A stretch of 64,000 nt of DNA from Macrostomum hystrix (Eukaryota > Animalia > Platyhelminthes). Positions within the stretch are counted from its first letter, which is position 1, and the number at the start of each line of letters is the position of its first letter. The stretch lies in assembly GCA_950097015.1 (NCBI GenBank), contig CATNEN010000003.1, forward strand, positions 744,001-808,000, given 5' to 3'. Position numbers and translations under genes: made by a program. Shown here piece after piece: positions 59,201 to 64,000 of this stretch. The notes under the pieces were generated by a model that was not told the origin of the DNA, ran no database searches, and saw nothing but the letters and a program-made list of their open reading frames with translations.

Positions 59201-61475
59201 TATAAAGTGCTTCAATTTCAATTCACCTGGTTGTAAACTAGGTATTGAGCATCAGATAGAAAGCTAGGGTGGAAATTCAAGTATAATTTTTTACTTCTAG
59301 TCGATGGATTTAATAGCCACTAACTGCTTTAGATCCAACTAAGATAAATGTGATTTGAAATATAAGCTATATTGAGTAACTTTTAAGACACTAATACTAA
59401 TTGCTTGTTAAATTTTAGGTAGTTTTATATAGTTAAAAATGTGGACACTACATACCTATTAGTAAAATCACACCTAAATCAAGAAAATTTATTTCAGTAA
59501 TTATTAAATTTGATATTTTGATAATCCAATTTAATTTGCTATCTATAAAGCTATATTTAAAAAAGAAAATGTTGTGATATTAGTTAAAGGTCTAAAAAAA
59601 TACCAACATATGATATTTCTATGTATATATATTTCTACATAAAAAGTAATCATTGTTTACTTTATTTTTAGTCAAAATAGATAGGTTTTGCAACATACAT
59701 GCGCAACCTCCCAAATCTTAGCCGGCCGTGCGACTTAGTTTTTGCTCTCATTTGCGACTTAGTTCGTTTCATTGCTCTATTTACGACTTAGTTTGCTCTC
59801 ATTTGCTCTTTTTCTCTCCCCTTTTTCCTTTTCTTCACGCCTTCCTTTTTTGTCCCTTGGTCCCCCCTTTGATTTTTTTGCGCTTGGTCGATTGGTTTTT
59901 GCGACTTACCTTGCTTGGCCCTCGTTTCACCCGGCCGGTTCGGCCAGGTCAGCCGGGTGTTGCGCATGTATGTTTTGCAAGGAGTTAAGAGCCTAGTTGT
60001 CAATAAAAAAGTCTAGGCACCAGATGTTACTTTACTTTAGTTGCCAATAAACAGAAAATTTGCATTCTTTCATTTAAGGATTCCCAAATTTGCACTATTT
60101 TATAATATGATCCCTACTGAAAAAAACAATGCTGATCTAGAATTGTTGTTTTAAGTGTAAGTCCAACTGCCATTGACTTAATTTTGCAACAGACCAAATA
60201 AAAGCTACAACATTGACAATTATGACAACAATAATAGATAAAAAACAAAGCAACGGAGCCTTATATTCACTTTTGTATTATGCTGCCTTACTATTGGGAA
60301 GCATATGAAATTTGTAGGAATCGACAATAAGACAAAACCAAAATGTTATTTGATCACTTAAATGGTAGAAATAAGTGTGGGGGATGTAAAAGAGTAGTGA
60401 ATATTAATTATATTAATAATTTTTATAATTAAAAAAGGCAGGGCTTATTCCCACGGTCCCATGCCGATAATTTCAATTTTATCCACATGGATCCGTGCCG
60501 ATAATTTTCTGCTTATCCACATGGCAGCTTGTATGAATAAGTCTAAAACCCTTTATATAAATATGCCGTGCCATTAATTTCAATTTTATCCACATGGTTC
60601 TGTTCTTTGAAACGAGGCCCTTTCGGGTTTGAATGTTTTGTTGAACCCTCGAGCCAATAGATCGACAAAGTTGCCAGTGTGTTATGACAGTGTTCTACAT
60701 TTCGACCTACACATTCATTAACTGACATTAATGTCATCCTTTTTAATTATTGTAATAACAACTTACTAAATCTTTTGTCATTAATTAAGTGTTTTCATTC
60801 AAATTGTATTGACTTACAACAAAGTAAGAAGTCTATCAAAGAAAATCATACGAGTCAACCAGCAGAATTCTAGTCAGCACCAAACTCGTCACACATATTA
60901 TACATCATTGTTATTCTTTTACACTATGCATTGATAGTGTACACTATACACTATACTCTGAAGCAAAAGCCTTATGCTCAGAGAAGAATAGGTAGGGACT
61001 TGAAAGTAGACCTATTCATACAAGCTGGACTGTGTGGATAAGTGGAAAATTATCTGCACGGATCCGTGTGGATAAAATTGAAATTATTGGCATGGGACCG
61101 TGGGAATAAGCACTTCCATTAAAAAATTAAGTTGAAACATCCTAGCCTCAAATATTTAAGCCTCAGACTTAAACATGTACATTTTTATTAGGGACCTAAA
61201 TGGTGGAGCAAAGTAAGGCAGTATTTGCTTGGAGCAGATTTAATCTTGAGCAAATTTAACATGAAATTCATTCCTTCAATGTATACATTTTTTTTCATTT
61301 ACTTAAATTCATATATTTTACATACCTTAAATACACGACCATATGTTCCACTTCCAACTTCTCTGATATTAATGTAAAACTCCCATGGATCAGAGACTTT
61401 AATAATGCTTAGCAACTGGGGATGTTTTTCGAAAATTGCCTGCCTTGAGCAGTTTATATGGTCACCCAGTGGCAT
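53210..61475 (-). CDS. MAP4K3: MAP4K (GCK-I; MAP4K3/MAP4K5/happyhour-like) kinase with C-terminal CNH domain, ~1022 aa
   Basis: Phase-consistent exons 61475-61326, 58838-58620, 57946-57698, 57012-56630, 56524-56021, 55621-54913, 54482-53811, 53392-53210. Motifs [63 protein letters not shown]; [21 protein letters not shown]. The paralogue assignment is approximate. Confidence 0.92.
54560..54880 (+). mobile_element. SINE family B copy in a MAP4K intron
   Basis: Conserved body and tail. Confidence 0.75.
55680..55988 (-). mobile_element. SINE family A copy interrupted by an inverted duplication of intron sequence
   Basis: Head GGGGCTGTAGCCTAGTG on the minus strand at 55988; foreign segment at ~55840-55910. 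Confidence 0.75.
57065..57610. repeat. 29-bp tandem repeat (GGATCTGATGAGTTGACGATAAGGGTTTG)
   Basis: Direct inspection; intronic. Confidence 0.95.
58003..58460. repeat. 49-bp tandem repeat, ~9 copies
   Basis: AATGGGAATAAAATCC recurs at 49-bp spacing. Confidence 0.95.
59694..59972. mobile_element. MITE with 14-bp TIR CATACATGCGCAAC and 8-bp TSD TTTTGCAA (hAT- or P-type)
   Basis: TIRs and the TSD were read directly on both flanks; second copy at 39367. Confidence 0.9.
60437..61117. mobile_element. Mutator (MULE)-type non-autonomous element, ~110-bp TIRs, 9-bp TSD ATTAAAAAA
   Basis: Left end GGCAGGGCTTATTCCCACGGTCCCATGCC; right end GGCATGGGACCGTGGGAATAAGCACTTCC; ATTAAAAAA at 60428-60436 and 61118-61126. 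Confidence 0.88.
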
Positions 61476-62698
61476 AGCTACAAGTAAAATATTATCTCAT
61501 CACAAAAGTTTATCCATGAAACGGCTTTTTCAAACTAAAGCGACAATAAAATAATTATTCAAGTCTACAACTTGAACACCTGAACTAACTATGCAATAGG
61601 GCCTATAATGACTAATGTAATGTAACCACCCAATCAGCAAGGCCTTTCCACTATAGTGTTGTATTCACCTACTACTAGTTTATACTCGATACTGAGCAAT
61701 GGCAAAATAACTAGATTTAAAGGAATGATAAGACTTGAATAAAAATGTACCAGCATGAGGCCCAAAAATTGCTTTACTTTACATTACTTAATATGGAGTT
61801 TAGTCTAAGAAATTACTCGTAAGAAAATCATGTTTAAATTATTATACTAAATTTTAACAAACCACTTGCCAATAATTTCATAAGAAGGCAACGGAACGTT
61901 TACGTTCTCCTTAAAAATTTAATAGTAGTAAAACTGTTTTCAGTTTATTATAAAATAAATATAGCTGTGCAATTTGCTAACCACTTCTAATTATGGTGGT
62001 GAAAGCGTACTGACTAATGCATCACATTTGCCAAGAGTAATCTGTAAAACACGCAACGGTTTCATTTAAAGTGACATCTTTTTCTTAACTATGAGTGGCT
62101 TAACAAGTAATACTTTCATATGACATCACGACTATCAAATTAATTTACGATGTGCATTGTAGAATCTAGTAGCTTCAATACCAAAAGGGAGCGCATTTTG
62201 GCATATCGGGCGGATTTTCAATGCATCTTGATTTTTTGTACATAAAACTTTTTGTCCTGGAAATTACAGAGATCCGAGTCGAATTTTATTTAAAGAGGCT
62301 GCAACAACAACAGCAGCATAGGCTACGTAACATTCAATGCACATGTCTTGAATTTTTTAAATGGTCAACATTGACCAATCATTTTATATTTCGGTGAATG
62401 CGAAAGGTTAAAACAGAATAGGCGCAAGTGTTTAAAAATATAAACCTGTTTTCTGTACAGTACGCTATTAAATGCTCTTAAATATGCAATACCCAATTTG
62501 TAAAAAATGCGCACATCGTTCGAACACTTAAACAGCAATACAATATGCATAAACTGCGTACCGATTTTGCTATAAAAACATTTATGCGGTGAAATGAGTT
62601 ACAAATTATTGTTCAAGCCGCACACTTACTCACTACTCAAAAAGTATAATTTCAGCAATGATTTAATAAAATAATAATAAGTGATTACAGCGTTAAAC

Positions 62699-62990
62699 CA
62701 GGGGCAGGCAAACTTCGGCCCGCAGGCGAGATGCGGCCATCGAAAATTCCCACATACGGCCCGTTGCACCTTCCGACACCTACAGCATCCTGTGTCATCT
62801 TTCCCCTGTCACATCTCTTCACGGTCTCGTCTGTCCCGTGTCTCATCTATCCCGAGTCTCATCTCTCCTGAGTCTTATCTCTTCCGTGTCTCACCTCTCC
62901 CCTATCTCATATTTCTACAGACAATGCGGCCCGCTGTCGTTGGCGTCTTTTAGGTTCTCGCTTTTGCCCGCTAGCTAACAAGTTTAATGG
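62699..62990 (+). mobile_element. Degenerate hAT/Charlie-like MITE
   Basis: Starts CAGGGGCAGGCAAACTTCGGCCCG and is related to the 38972 copy. Confidence 0.5.
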
Positions 62991-63147
62991 TTTCGGTGGA
63001 GTCTAGAATCGAACCTACGACCTACAAGTGTGTCGGACGCTCTAATTACTAAGACTGACAATGACAATGGATAAACAAAGCAAAAAGTAAATAACTGAAA
63101 GTTTTCGTGCAAAAAGGAAGACAAAGCTATTAGAAACTCTTCAGCTT

Positions 63148-63666
63148 CTAATCCAACCTCCGACTGTTAGCTCTGACACGATTAGCCGGCTCAAAGTAGC
63201 TGGTATCCTGGCAGTCTCCGCCCAGATCTGGCACAAATGGCGCCTCGGAGCTGTGCAAGCGTTGCCAAGCGACGTCGATAAACAGCGAATGCCGGCGCAG
63301 ATCGTTGATGTCCAATCGACTATCGGGATCGGAGCTGAGTAAGCCGTCGATTGCTGAGATGGCTTCAGGCGAGAGTTCGGGTTCAGCATCTTCAGCGTCC
63401 AGACAGGAGCGAGACTCTGGCCAAGGAATCTGCCTATTCAGAATGTTCTCCATGACCAGCTCGGGTGAGTTGGCGCTAAATGGCGGATAGCCGCTAAGAA
63501 ATTCGAACAGACAAACGCCAAGAGCCCAATAGTCAACGGCTGTGCCGTGTGGCAGGCCGCGAATCAGCTCCGGGGCCAGGTAGTCCGGAGTGCCCAACAG
63601 GCGCTGATGATGCTGGTGCTGGTGCTGCGCTGACTGGCCTGATGGATTCAAACACGTGCTTAAGCT
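63148..63666 (-). CDS. MASTL: Greatwall/MASTL kinase, last coding exon (rest of gene outside window)
   Basis: LLGTPDYLAPEL..HGTAVDYWALGVCLFEFLSGYPPF..NILNRQIPWPE..PFVP..DTSYFE matches the Greatwall C-lobe and AGC tail. Acceptor TTTAG just upstream of 63666. Confidence 0.85.
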   Translation of the reverse strand, partial: SLSTCLNPSGQSAQHQHQHHQRLLGTPDYLAPELIRGLPHGTAVDYWALGVCLFEFLSGYPPFSANSPELVMENILNRQIPWPESRSCLDAEDAEPELSPEAISAIDGLLSSDPDSRLDINDLRRHSLFIDVAWQRLHSSEAPFVPDLGGDCQDTSYFEPANRVRANSRRLD

Positions 63667-63716
63667 CTAAACTTGAAACTTGGCAATCTACATAATACAA
63701 ATAGATAAGCTTTCTA

Positions 63717-64000
63717 GGGGGCTGAGTGGCAGAGCGATTAACGCGTTTGCCTCTCGCACAAAGGTGCCTGAGCTCGATTCCGCTGCGAAGCCAGATTTTG
63801 GAGCTTCAGGGCAATCTATACCCTTGAGGTCCAACCTCCAAGGCACAGAGAGAGTGTACACTGCGAAACGATGAGAAAGTCAAGGCGGATGTACACACTT
63901 GTCTGAGTACGGTGCTGCGTAAGGTATATGTGCGCGTGATCAGAAGTCAGAAATGGGCAGAATTGCTTCCTCGCTGGCTGTGGGTCTAGTGTCACCAAAT
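63717..64000 (+). mobile_element. SINE family B copy (truncated by window end)
   Basis: GGGGCTGAGTGGCAGAGCG A box, GCTCGATTCC B box, conserved body. Confidence 0.8.

Noticed and set aside
60479-61076. Five TTATCCACA motifs matching the bacterial DnaA box (oriC-like)
   Set aside because: They lie symmetrically in or beside the TIRs of a MULE-type element inside a eukaryotic intron.

Overview
Eukaryotic genomic DNA with GC-rich exons and AT-rich introns full of minisatellites and SINEs. An EF-hand + dynein-light-chain (TAL-type) gene points to a flatworm, and the sequence style suggests Macrostomum (inference). Genes assembled by hand from GT-AG junctions and codon phase: (1) a giant minus-strand extracellular mosaic gene with 30 phase-consistent exons (~3,290 aa in the window, running off the left edge), built as WxxW, EGF, VWD-C8-TIL, EGFs, 3 C-type lectins, EGFs, SEVEN tandem Caspr/COLFI-type fibrinogen-like domains, EGFs and a second VWD-C8-TIL; (2) a 4-exon TAL-like gene; (3) a 3-exon 91-aa basic protein gene missing from the ORF track, possibly CENP-W/histone-fold-like; (4) an ankyrin-repeat gene with an intronless CDS; (5) an E-protein bHLH gene (daughterless/TCF12 type); (6) three tandem small type-I membrane protein genes that share a paired-CCAAT promoter layout, plus a fourth such unit whose ORF is a microsatellite; (7) a MAP4K3/5-like kinase-CNH gene with an in-frame exon enclosed by an inverted duplication of its own splice acceptor; (8) the last exon of a Greatwall/MASTL kinase. 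The window also holds two tRNA-derived SINE families, MITEs with clear TSDs and about 20 distinct tandem arrays. All family assignments come from motif recognition; no database search was run.
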